Origin: Candidatus Poribacteria bacterium
GTDB lineage: Bacteria; Poribacteria; WGA-4E; WGA-3G
Reading direction: 5' to 3'
NCBI GenBank assembly: GCA_965214095.1
Contig: OZ243938.1
Location: 1,568,001-1,632,000, forward strand
Length of the DNA: 64,000 bases
The position numbers and the translations under genes are program-made. The notes beneath the pieces are model-generated. The model ran no database searches, had not been told where the DNA came from, and was given only the letters and a program-made list of their open reading frames with translations. Every line of letters begins with the position of its first letter. Within the stretch, counting starts at the first letter, position 1. Positions 1-9,274 of this stretch are shown one piece after another.

Positions 1-2
1 AA

Positions 3-2567
3 ACACAGATCGCAACGACACTCACCGATGAGGACAGTGAAACCTACAGAATGTTCAAAGCGTTCAAGGAAACGTTGCTCGCGACACTCACTCCTAACGA
101 TTTCTCGGATATGTATGCACAAACTCTCACGTATGGGTTATTCGCTGCACGCTGCACATTGCCGAATGCAACAAATTTTTCACGTCACACCGCAGTTGGC
201 ACACTCCCAAGATCAAATCCGTTTCTCGTCCAACTTTTTTATCATGTCGCCTCTCCGAGACTTGAGACGAATGTCACTTACATTCTGGATGACATTGCAA
301 CGCTTCTCCAAAACGTTCCAACAGCCATGCTCCGTACAGCATTTACTGCAAGAAATCCACTTGAAGACCCGGTTATCCATTTTTATGAGACGTTCCTAAA
401 AGAATATAATCCGAAACTCCGCTTTGACCGCGGGGTTTTTTATACGCCGCCACAGGTTATCTCCTACATTGTTCGCTCAGTGGATTCCTTGCTCAAAACA
501 AAGCTCAACAGACCCGATGGACTTGCCGATGACGACACGCTTATCCTCGATCCTGCCACGGGTACGGGTGGATTTCTGTTGACAGTGCTTGACCATATCC
601 GAGAATATGTTACAGAAAATTATGGCACCGGGGATTGGAACCAGTATATAAACGCAAATTTAGTAAAACGGATTTTTGGATTTGAACTGCTTGTCGCACC
701 GTATACGATTGCACATCTGAAGTTGAGTCTGTTTCTGCAGGCGCAAGGGTGGCGCACCAATGAACGTCTCGGAGTTTATCTTACCAATGCTTTGGAACAA
801 CCGGATGAAATGCAGGCTCCCTTGCCTTTTGCTGCATTTATCTCTGATGAAGCAAACGCTGCACTCTCTGTGAAAAGGGACGCCCCTGTCCTCGTCATCC
901 TCGGCAATCCACCCTATAAGCAACATTCTGCCAACCCAAGCCGAGTCGGTAACGATTTAACTTTTATCGGTGGACTCATGGAAGATTACAGCCAGGTAGA
1001 TGGAGAACCACTTGGTGAAGTCAACCCAAGAGCACTCCAGGATGACTATGTGAAATTTATCCGGTGGGCACAGTGGCGAATTGACAGAAACGGGGAGGGC
1101 GTTATCGGTTATATTGTTAACAACAATTTTCTTGATGCACCTACAGCTCGCGGCATGCGGCAAAATCTGTTAGACAGTTTCAACACAATATACGTACTCA
1201 ATTTACATGGCAGTAATAGAAGAACGGAAGCGGTGCCAACGGGACAGAAAGATGAAAATGTCTTTGATATTATACAAGGGGTTTGCATTCTGCTATGTGT
1301 CAAAGAACGCGATAATCTTGATTCTACAAAGGTCTATCACGCTGATATGTGGGGATCCCGAGAAGAGAGATATAGGACACTTTCAGAGACCGATGTACAA
1401 TCTACGACGTGGTGTGAACTACAACCGGCATCACCTTATTACCTTTTTGTACCGCAAGAAATGGACTACAGTGCTGAATATGAAAGCAGATGGAAAATTA
1501 CAGACATCTTTCAAACTAGTTCAATTGGAATTGTCACCGCGCGAGATAAATTGACAATTCATTGGACTCCTGAAGAGATAAGGGAAACGGTAACCGATTT
1601 TGTCACACTTTCTATTGATGATGCCAGGGAAAAATATAACTTAAGAAAGGATAGCCAAGATTGGAAAATCCATCTTGCCCAAGCCGATCTCCAAAATAAT
1701 CCCAATGCGGAAAAACATGTATCACCAATTTACTACCGACCGTTTGATACACGTTGGACATATTATACTGCGCACTCGCGTGGATTTCATTGTAGACCTC
1801 GCCCTGAGATTATGCCACACTTGCGCAGGAAAAACCTTGCTCTCAGCGTCTGTCGTATTGTCAAAAGTCCCGTATGGCAACATGCCTTGATTTCCGATAA
1901 AATTACAGATAATTGTTATATCTCAAACACAACCAGTGAATCTGCACATGTGTTTCCGCTCTACCTATATCCAGATTCAGAGGCATTATTAGGCTCAACA
2001 GAACCTGAACTCAATTTCAAACCCGAATTTCTCACTGCCCTTTCGGAGACGTTACAACTCCCACAAACCCCACCGTTTGGACTCTCCGAAGGTGTCACAC
2101 CAGAGGAGATTCTCGCTTATATCTATGCTGTGCTTTATAGTCCTACCTATCGTGAACGGTATTATGAATTTCTAAAATACGATTTTCCGCGTATCCCTTT
2201 ACCTAAAGATATTGATCATTTCCGCAAACTCGCATCGTTGGGGCAGGAATTGATTAATTGGCATCTGTTGAAGGAAGTGCAGATTCCAGTTCGTCATCGC
2301 TTTGAAGGTGAAGGTAACAGTGTTGTCTCAAGACACAGCTATGAAGATGGGAACGTGTGGATTAACGACACACAATATTTTACGGATGTGCCTGCGGAAG
2401 TATGGGAATATAAAATAGGAGCATATCAGGTATGTGAGAAGTGGTTGAAGGATAGGAAGGGAGAAACGTTGAGTCATGCGGAGGTTCGTCAGTATCGTTC
2501 TATTTTGGTTGCTGTTGCGGAGACGTTGCGGGTTGTGAGGGAGATTGATGGGGTGCTTGAATTTTAA
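3..2567 (+). CDS. N6-adenine DNA methyltransferase with C-terminal specificity domain (Type ISP/IIG-like R-M protein), 5'-truncated by window edge
   Basis: Frame is open from position 3. Motif I DPATGTGGF and motif IV GNPPY are present. FYETFL..Y....R..RGVFYTP and the C-terminal YRPFD / FLKYDFPRIP / WEYKIGAYQVCEKWLKDRK segments are typical of type ISP C-terminal domains. Confidence 0.85.
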   Translation, partial: TQIATTLTDEDSETYRMFKAFKETLLATLTPNDFSDMYAQTLTYGLFAARCTLPNATNFSRHTAVGTLPRSNPFLVQLFYHVASPRLETNVTYILDDIATLLQNVPTAMLRTAFTARNPLEDPVIHFYETFLKEYNPKLRFDRGVFYTPPQVISYIVRSVDSLLKTKLNRPDGLADDDTLILDPATGTGGFLLTVLDHIREYVTENYGTGDWNQYINANLVKRIFGFELLVAPYTIAHLKLSLFLQAQGWRTNERLGVYLTNALEQPDEMQAPLPFAAFISDEANAALSVKRDAPVLVILGNPPYKQHSANPSRVGNDLTFIGGLMEDYSQVDGEPLGEVNPRALQDDYVKFIRWAQWRIDRNGEGVIGYIVNNNFLDAPTARGMRQNLLDSFNTIYVLNLHGSNRRTEAVPTGQKDENVFDIIQGVCILLCVKERDNLDSTKVYHADMWGSREERYRTLSETDVQSTTWCELQPASPYYLFVPQEMDYSAEYESRWKITDIFQTSSIGIVTARDKLTIHWTPEEIRETVTDFVTLSIDDAREKYNLRKDSQDWKIHLAQADLQNNPNAEKHVSPIYYRPFDTRWTYYTAHSRGFHCRPRPEIMPHLRRKNLALSVCRIVKSPVWQHALISDKITDNCYISNTTSESAHVFPLYLYPDSEALLGSTEPELNFKPEFLTALSETLQLPQTPPFGLSEGVTPEEILAYIYAVLYSPTYRERYYEFLKYDFPRIPLPKDIDHFRKLASLGQELINWHLLKEVQIPVRHRFEGEGNSVVSRHSYEDGNVWINDTQYFTDVPAEVWEYKIGAYQVCEKWLKDRKGETLSHAEVRQYRSILVAVAETLRVVREIDGVLEF

Positions 2568-2640
2568 ACGATCTAATACAACGTAGGTATGTTTTGTGTC
2601 AACGTGACGAATTTTGGCAATCTGTTTTATGGAGATTATT

Positions 2641-2994
2641 ATGGCTGAAGGACAATTTTTATTTACTTTGGATTACGAACAGTTCATGGAAAATTGGGGT
2701 GAAAGTATTCTCAGGTACCTAAAAGAGGAATTTGATAGAAGCAAAATTTCTCTTTCGCGAAGTTTGCTACTTTCCACGGAAACTGAAAACTCTTATTGGT
2801 TGTTAGTAGATTTTGAAAAAGCAGCAGGGAAAAACCAGGAAACACGAGATGCAGTGCTACTGGCATGCACAGATGCAATTTTTGATGCTAATCAAAGCGG
2901 GTATCTTTCTGTGAAAACAAGTCGTTCAGAAAGTGGTGCTCCAAAAATTCGACTAAGTTATCACCTGCTTCCAAATAGTCAACGAGATTTTTGA
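2641..2994 (+). CDS. hypothetical protein
   Basis: ORF with a GGAG RBS upstream of ATG 2641; no recognised motif. Confidence 0.5.
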   Translation: MAEGQFLFTLDYEQFMENWGESILRYLKEEFDRSKISLSRSLLLSTETENSYWLLVDFEKAAGKNQETRDAVLLACTDAIFDANQSGYLSVKTSRSESGAPKIRLSYHLLPNSQRDF

Positions 2995-3129
2995 TGGGAA
3001 CACGCGTGTTTTTGAAAACAAGTGTGCTGCTCATAATCCTCGGCTGGCAGGTAATGATGTCTTTAAATGCCTATTCGTCAAATTTTGCACGTGCGTTTCT
3101 CCTTGAAGGATTCAAAACTAAGTGGCAGC

Positions 3130-3432
3130 TTATCTTTTCTTTTTTTCCCATTCTCTTGCATCTTCTCGCGTCGTGCGTCTCCCGACTTGATGAACATAAA
3201 CATCTTTACCGTAATCCCGTTGAAGTTCCTTTTCACGGCGGTGTAAATCATTCGTAATTCCGCTACGGATAATTTTGTCCCCTTGTTTTAGATGGTATTT
3301 ATAGGTATCACGCTTAGGTTCTACATGAACCCCTCTTGCTTCAAGAACTTCCTTGACTGCTCGTTCTATTTTTGCTCTTGAGAGTTGTCCTGGTTTATAG
3401 GGTGGGTATTTGACGATCCTTTGTCTTGGCAT
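3130..3432 (-). CDS. small basic protein, GIY-YIG-like motif
   Basis: GGAGG RBS 8 nt before ATG 3432. TYKYHL...IIRSGITNDLHRREKEL resembles the Y-x-Y...G-x-T-x-DL-x-RR-x-x-E core of GIY-YIG nucleases. Confidence 0.5.
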   Translation of the reverse strand: MPRQRIVKYPPYKPGQLSRAKIERAVKEVLEARGVHVEPKRDTYKYHLKQGDKIIRSGITNDLHRREKELQRDYGKDVYVHQVGRRTTREDAREWEKKKR

Positions 3433-3455
3433 TCTAATCGCCTCCATAGAATATG

Positions 3456-4088
3456 TTACAGTTTACTATTTGATTGAAGATTCAGCCACTCCACAACAAC
3501 AAAAATATAATCCTTGAAGAATTTTAAGTCTTCAATTTCTAACTGAAACTTCTGAGTTAGTTGAGGTAAATCCTCCAAGAAATCTTGGTAATGTTTCCAA
3601 ATTATGCTTCCACTTGGAATTGTCTGGCGATCCGATACGGTGAGAAGCCAATTCCGAACAACCCGTACCACTTCCTCAGGATTATTGTGATGAACAAAAA
3701 TATCTTGACCTGCAATATCTGAAATGAATTTTTGATACCGATACAGTTCTCTATCCATCACAAGGCATTTTTTTGTCTCCTGTTTTTCTACACCAAATCT
3801 CTTAGCACCTAGAAAAATCCCTAACTCTAAGGGCATATTAAATCGAGGTAGAAGTGAAACTTCATCTAATTCTGTCCGCGATATATCATGGATTCCATAA
3901 CGGCAATCCTCAATAATATTATAAATCTTATCAATCCGAACTTGACTTGCGTCCCCTGCCTCAAGCGCACAACGAGCAACAAAACCGCAATCATGCACGG
4001 CAAATATCATCGCATCAAACAAAGGTTTGTAATCTGAGTCAAAAGGGCAATTTATAAAAACATTATCATTATAATGGGTTGAATTCAT
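3456..4088 (-). CDS. nucleoside 2-deoxyribosyltransferase/TIR-like (flavodoxin-fold) protein
   Basis: VFINCPFD...RIDKIYNIIEDCRYGIHDIS...NMPLELGIFLG pattern, with the conserved N-x-x-x-E-LG catalytic-type Glu. Confidence 0.65.
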   Translation of the reverse strand: MNSTHYNDNVFINCPFDSDYKPLFDAMIFAVHDCGFVARCALEAGDASQVRIDKIYNIIEDCRYGIHDISRTELDEVSLLPRFNMPLELGIFLGAKRFGVEKQETKKCLVMDRELYRYQKFISDIAGQDIFVHHNNPEEVVRVVRNWLLTVSDRQTIPSGSIIWKHYQDFLEDLPQLTQKFQLEIEDLKFFKDYIFVVVEWLNLQSNSKL

Positions 4089-4207
4089 GAATTCCTACTC
4101 GTTTTACATAAGTAGAAGTTTTTTTGAAAACAATTTAGCACATTTTTTGTAAAGTATACCATAAATTTTATGAGTTTTCAATCTTTTGGAAAACCCAAAA
4201 GCCCTTT

Positions 4208-4825
4208 TCAACTCATATCAGTTACAGATTTGAACACAGAATCAACTGCACCAAAAAGCGTTGATAAATTAGCTAATGCAAAGTCTGTTCTGTTTTGGGT
4301 AAAGGTATCGCCGATAAGTCGTCCAAATTGCCATAATGTTCCATCGGTGACAATACCGTACACGGGTAGGGATGCACCATCATTCACTTTTTTAGCATTT
4401 ATTTTTTGTGCGGCGACTAACTCAGCCAGACATTGTCCCCATCCATGCTCAAAGTCGTTTTTCTTCGCCTCAACGAGCAGTATCAACGGGCTTCCAACAA
4501 CGGTTTTGCCTAATTCAGATTTGGTAGAGATAAAATAGTCTGGTGTTCCGTTTAAGATGTCATCGTAAGTGATGGTTTGCTTTATCCAGAGCGCGTATTG
4601 ATCGGCATAAGCTTTATAACTCTCCTTCAAAACAGGAAAGATAATCGTCTCACACCGTGATGCTTCAGACGCAAAAACGTTGATATGTTCTCTGGTAAAT
4701 TCAAAGTCTCGCAAGAACTCCACCGAAGGGGTTGCCAGTTCAACTTCAACGAAATCATCTTCCGCATAAGTGACTCTGAACCTTTCTTGTACCTCAGAAA
4801 TTGTTTTAAAATCGCTAAACGCCAT
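4208..4825 (-). CDS. PD-(D/E)XK nuclease-fold protein (HsdR N-terminal-like)
   Basis: GTPDY...LVEAKK...GQCLAELVAAQ...YGIVTDGTLWQF. Confidence 0.7.
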   Translation of the reverse strand: MAFSDFKTISEVQERFRVTYAEDDFVEVELATPSVEFLRDFEFTREHINVFASEASRCETIIFPVLKESYKAYADQYALWIKQTITYDDILNGTPDYFISTKSELGKTVVGSPLILLVEAKKNDFEHGWGQCLAELVAAQKINAKKVNDGASLPVYGIVTDGTLWQFGRLIGDTFTQNRTDFALANLSTLFGAVDSVFKSVTDMS

Positions 4826-4945
4826 GATATTACTTCTCTATTAAAGTCAAAATGCCTGCCAACAGCGTCTGTAAATCTAGGGAATATCCTTAAAACTTTC
4901 AAATTTTATATGTGCGTTTCTCATTGTAAAGAACATTGTAAAGAA

Positions 4946-5161
4946 TTAAGCAGATTTTCGTTCCTCAAAAAGTTCATGTCGCAGCAGCATGAGCTGCGAT
5001 GCTTGCAACGTCTCTAAAGCATACGTCTGACCTTTAAGATCACAAAACACAACTTCAAATATGTCCGGTTCATATACCTCAACAATAGTACCAACTTGCC
5101 CACGGTATAATTTGAGTGTTGGCATGTCTTCTATGAGTGCAACCGTATCAAATAGTTTCAT
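4946..5161 (-). CDS. DUF4926 domain protein
   Basis: MKLFDTVALIEDMP..KLYRGQVGTIVEVYEPDIFEVVFCDLKGQTYAL. Confidence 0.75.
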   Translation of the reverse strand: MKLFDTVALIEDMPTLKLYRGQVGTIVEVYEPDIFEVVFCDLKGQTYALETLQASQLMLLRHELFEERKSA

Positions 5162-5301
5162 TAGTGAAGTGTCCACTCTTATTTGACAGGTAAATATCGC
5201 GATTCGGAGATCGCTCCTACCGACTGACCACTCATTGTAGGAGGGAACTCCGATTCCCGATTTCTTTGGCGATCCACAATTTTAGAGTAGACAAACCACT
5301 A
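5162..5301. mobile_element. MITE-like element carrying an inverted pair of GTAG-type REP hairpins
   Basis: Imperfect terminal IR: TAGTGAAGTGTCCACTCT versus reverse complement TAGTGGTTTGTCTACTCT. Internal ATCGCGATTCGGAGATCGCTCCTAC and GTAGGAGGGAACTCCGATTCCCGAT at 5196-5261. Confidence 0.55.
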
Positions 5302-5748
5302 GTTATTCCTTTAGTCAAGGATATAGCAAGTTACAAATCAATGTTAAGTATACCGATAGTATTAACCTGTATATTTCCGTGCAATGCTATGCATTTCACT
5401 TCTTATACGGTTTGCAAGTTGCTAAAAAAGCAACCAGGGGCTATCTCCCAAAGCACTTCTGAATTATCAGAAATGCACTTAATTGTTTGCGAATATCCTG
5501 TTTTATCGTGGTTTTTGATAAATTAGGCTTGGTTATTGCCTAAAATACTGCAAACAATGTCTAAATACTGTAACATATATCAACCAATTTATCAAGAATA
5601 TATAGAATTTTAGATACTTTTACTCAGCCTTATTCTCAACTTATATGCAAATCACACATCGCTTTTTATCGCTAAAATTATACCATTTCCAAATAATAAC
5701 TAATCATTACCAGGACGAGTGTTCGTAGTCGCGCAATTCATTGCGTCT

Positions 5749-6409
5749 AGGTGTGTAAAGTTTTTGGCATGAACTTCTTACCATCCATTGCATCTAACAA
5801 GAAAAAACCCTTGAATTGACACCATCCATATTGTAGCACTGGGTCTCCGTGCTTCACAATGTTGACTTTATCAAAAAATAATAATCAGTTGAATTTGGTA
5901 TGAGACATCCTACGCAGAATCAACTCCGAATTTAGGACAGTTCTAACAAAACCGACCCAGACCCCTCAGAATCGTAATTGGTAAAATTGGTAATTTTTCT
6001 TATAGACGAATCCAGTGATAGCCTACATAATGCAACTTTTAAAAATACCAATTGCCTTTGGATAGCATGGAGTTGTCCTCAGAGATCACAGCAAGCGATC
6101 CCAAAACAGGTGCTTGGCACAGTTGTGACAAACTGCAGAATTGGTATAAGAAAATACAATTCCAATCGATAACCGGTTGTTTGTTTGCGGGGTGGTCTGG
6201 TTGGTTCTGTGGGTTCTCTGTGGTGCGGGTATTCTCTTTGTACGGTGGCAGACAATCCGAGCGGCGCGTTGCGTTATCGCGTCGATTTATACTGGGTTGG
6301 TATACTGATGTTGTTCGGTTGGTGTGTTATTCTCACATGGATTATTTTTTTGTAAAAACGTGTATATTTCTTTGGATATTGAGTTGAGTGTCAAAAACTT
6401 TATACACCC
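5749..6409. mobile_element. non-autonomous IS-derived element (IS256-like ends)
   Basis: 21-bp TIR AGGTGTGTAAAGTTTTTGGCA / TGTCAAAAACTTTATACACCC. 8-bp direct repeat TTGCGTCT at 5741-5748 and 6410-6417. No transposase ORF. Confidence 0.75.
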
Positions 6410-6455
6410 TTGCGTCTCTAATATTCTTTACATAAGTCTGTTAGAAATGGTATAA

Positions 6456-6653
6456 TTTCATTATAGTGTTGAGAAACATTTAGAGGCAATCATTACTCAA
6501 CGTCAAAATGCTTTAGAGAACTTTGACATATTTGTTACTGCGCCAGAAGGAAACCGAGTAGCACGTGATCAAGTATTAGTTGACGCAGACGCAGAACTCC
6601 ATTTCCTACCTGCTATTAGTGGTGGAGGACAAGGAGCTTCCTACCAATTCTAA
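6456..6653 (+). pseudogene. MoaD/ThiS-like C-terminal remnant
   Basis: Frame reads ...VLVDADAELHFLPAISGGGQGASYQF*; no in-frame start after the stop at 6453. Confidence 0.3.
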
Positions 6654-6659
6654 GGACCA

Positions 6660-7451
6660 ATGAAACAAATGCAAAATCAAAAGATACCAGAAACTAAAGC
6701 ACTGCACCCCATCCCTAATAGATTGGTTGTCCTCACCTTTGATGATGGCAACAAATCAGATTATACTTATGTTGCTCCTCTGTTAAAACGATACGGTTTT
6801 GGAGCGACTTTTTTCATTACAGAAGGACTCGGTTTTCTCAACAACAAAGATCATTATGTTACATGGGAAGAAATCCGTGAGTTGCACGATGAAGGTTTTG
6901 AAATCGGTAATCACACGCGCTATCATAAGCATGCCAACACACAATCGAAAGAGGAATTGCTGTCAGACTTGATACACATTGATGAACGGTGTGAAGAATA
7001 CGGTATCCCTATTCCTGAGACCTTCGGCTATCCTGCGGATTGTCGTGGACCGGAAGCGATAGAAGCGTTGTTAGAAAAAGGGTATCGATTCGCACGACGT
7101 GGCATTGGTCCAGATTTTCCATTTCATCCAGAGGGTGGACGTGGTCCTGCTTATGATCCGAATGTCCATCACCCGTTGGTCATCCCTTCAACAGGTGTCC
7201 CTGGTCCTAACTATAAATTTGATGATTTGGTTTGGGCAGTAGAACAAGCTAAGGATGGAAAAATCGCTGTCTTGACATTTCACGGTGTGCCTGCTCTTGA
7301 ACACCCGTGGGTTGATACCCCACCTGAAGTGTTTGAGACCTACATGGATTATCTACGAGACAAAGAATGTACCGTTATTGCCTTGCGTGATTTAGCAAAC
7401 TATATTGATCCAAGCAAATCAACTGGTAGAGACATTACATATTGGCCATAA
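6660..7451 (+). CDS. polysaccharide deacetylase (NodB/CE4) family protein
   Basis: VVLTFDDG, EIGNHTRYH, FGYP, VLTFH motifs. Confidence 0.9.
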   Translation: MKQMQNQKIPETKALHPIPNRLVVLTFDDGNKSDYTYVAPLLKRYGFGATFFITEGLGFLNNKDHYVTWEEIRELHDEGFEIGNHTRYHKHANTQSKEELLSDLIHIDERCEEYGIPIPETFGYPADCRGPEAIEALLEKGYRFARRGIGPDFPFHPEGGRGPAYDPNVHHPLVIPSTGVPGPNYKFDDLVWAVEQAKDGKIAVLTFHGVPALEHPWVDTPPEVFETYMDYLRDKECTVIALRDLANYIDPSKSTGRDITYWP

Positions 7452-7663
7452 AGTGCTACATGTTGCGGTCAGTGTAGGGTCAGTCAATGACAGGAGTGTA
7501 ATAACCAGTCCTAACTAAACTTCTGGGATCGAAATGGTTTTGGTTGACAGTCTATGGTAGGTGTGTTATTCTTTCCACAATTGATTCCGATGTGGTGCCG
7601 TTAGGAAATTTGCCACCGTATAAATCCCACTGTTTTATTCAAGACCTTAAAGGAGAAGTTATT

Positions 7664-8356
7664 ATGAAATCAAGAGAAATGAGATTCAGCGTCTTCACAC
7701 TCTTTTCATTTATTTTCATCTCAGTATATGCACCTCTTTGTGTTGGCGAGGTGTTGTTTGAGGATGACTTTGGGAAGAACAATATTGACAATGATAAATG
7801 GATACCAACAGGAAGTTGGTCCCTGGATGGTGGCACCCTTGACGTTAATGGCGGAGAAGTCGGAATTACTGTCAAAAAGGATTTCACAGACTTTGATTTC
7901 ATTGTTGACTTTAATATGGTCAGCCCGCTATGGGCAGCCAACTGGGTCGTGCGTGCGGAAGACCCAAACAATTGTACGCTGGTTCAAATCGTCGCAGATG
8001 ATCGTAATCAATTTTGGTGGTTTACGAGAGTTGGTGGTAATTATATCGTTAATGATGAAGATAAGTTAGATAATGAATCAGGTGTACACGCTGAACTTGG
8101 TAAATGGTATACGATAAAAATAGTTGCGGAAGGTGATCGTTACGACCTCTATCTCGGTGAGCGTGGAAAGAAACTTGAGTTATCGTGTACTTGGATGGAT
8201 AAAACCCATGACAAGGGTGCCATAGGTTTCAGAGCTGGTGGTGCTGAACATTGTCTGTATGATAATGTGTTAGTGACAACCGTAGGATACAGTCTTGCAG
8301 TGAACCCCGATGATGCTCTGCCAGTTACATGGGGCAAACTCAAGATGGGGAAATGA
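7664..8356 (+). CDS. secreted DUF1080 / concanavalin-like beta-sandwich protein with C-terminal TWGKLK tail
   Basis: AGGAG RBS, hydrophobic signal peptide, LFEDDF...W, WYTIKIVAEG, GAIGF...YDNV. Confidence 0.7.
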   Translation: MKSREMRFSVFTLFSFIFISVYAPLCVGEVLFEDDFGKNNIDNDKWIPTGSWSLDGGTLDVNGGEVGITVKKDFTDFDFIVDFNMVSPLWAANWVVRAEDPNNCTLVQIVADDRNQFWWFTRVGGNYIVNDEDKLDNESGVHAELGKWYTIKIVAEGDRYDLYLGERGKKLELSCTWMDKTHDKGAIGFRAGGAEHCLYDNVLVTTVGYSLAVNPDDALPVTWGKLKMGK

Positions 8357-9267
8357 GTTCGGAAGGAACAATTCTAATGCACGCCGAATTGCCATTTGTA
8401 GACTGCACAGACATGGTTGAAAGTCGGGATAGACTTCTTGAACACAGTCACCAGAATGGGTATCTCTTCTTTCCTGGACTACTCCCTGTAGAGTCAGTAC
8501 TTGAGTTACGTCAACAGGTGCTCCGTGTAGCAGAGCAGCACGAACTCCTTGCACCGGACTCTGATCCAGATGCTGGTATCCGTCGGAAAGGTGTTTTCAT
8601 TTGTGAACAGGATGGATCCGAGACCTTCAGGCGTTTCTACATTGATGTCCAGAAACTCCGACTTTTCCACGCGCTTCCACATCACGAGCGTATCCTAAGG
8701 GTCTTGGAAGTTCTGTTTGGAACAGACGTTTTCATCCATCCGCGCCACATCTGTCACGTCATCTTCCCAGGAGAACATCAGTATACCACACCGCCGCATC
8801 AGGACTTCAGTCCGGTTCGTGGCTCACAGGAAACTTGGACTGTGTGGACACCATTGGGAGACTGTGATGCAGCGTTGGGAGGTTTAGCAATTGCACGTGG
8901 ATCAAACCGTCGCGGGTTATTAGATGACGGTGGTGTCCGTTCGCGTGAGTTGATCGAAGACAGTACTGAATGGGCTTGGAACCCCTTCAAGTCCGGAGAT
9001 GTCCTCATGTTTCATAGTTTAACGATTCACCAAGGTCGGCACAATATGACCGATGACCGTATACGGCTTGCAACAAGTGCACGCTACCAGTCGGTCAATG
9101 AACCCGTTGACGAGGATGCCCTCACCGTCCATCTGGGTTGTGCAAAATGGGAAGAAGTCTATTCCGAGTGGGAAGCAGACGATTCGCTGAAGTATTACTG
9201 GAACGCTATTGATATGGATGTCCAGCCGGCTTACCATCGCCGCAGGAGAAAATCAAAAAATAGTTAG
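8353..9267 (+). CDS. phytanoyl-CoA dioxygenase (PhyH) family 2OG-Fe(II) oxygenase
   Basis: TPPHQD (HxD), GDVLMFHSLTIH, R.ATSARY; ATGA overlap with the upstream gene. Confidence 0.85.
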   Translation: MSSEGTILMHAELPFVDCTDMVESRDRLLEHSHQNGYLFFPGLLPVESVLELRQQVLRVAEQHELLAPDSDPDAGIRRKGVFICEQDGSETFRRFYIDVQKLRLFHALPHHERILRVLEVLFGTDVFIHPRHICHVIFPGEHQYTTPPHQDFSPVRGSQETWTVWTPLGDCDAALGGLAIARGSNRRGLLDDGGVRSRELIEDSTEWAWNPFKSGDVLMFHSLTIHQGRHNMTDDRIRLATSARYQSVNEPVDEDALTVHLGCAKWEEVYSEWEADDSLKYYWNAIDMDVQPAYHRRRRKSKNS

Positions 9268-9274
9268 GTGTAAA

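Noticed and set aside
5978-6387. ORFs 5978-6172 and 6052-6387
   Set aside because: They lie inside the non-coding IS-derived element and have no RBS or recognisable motifs.
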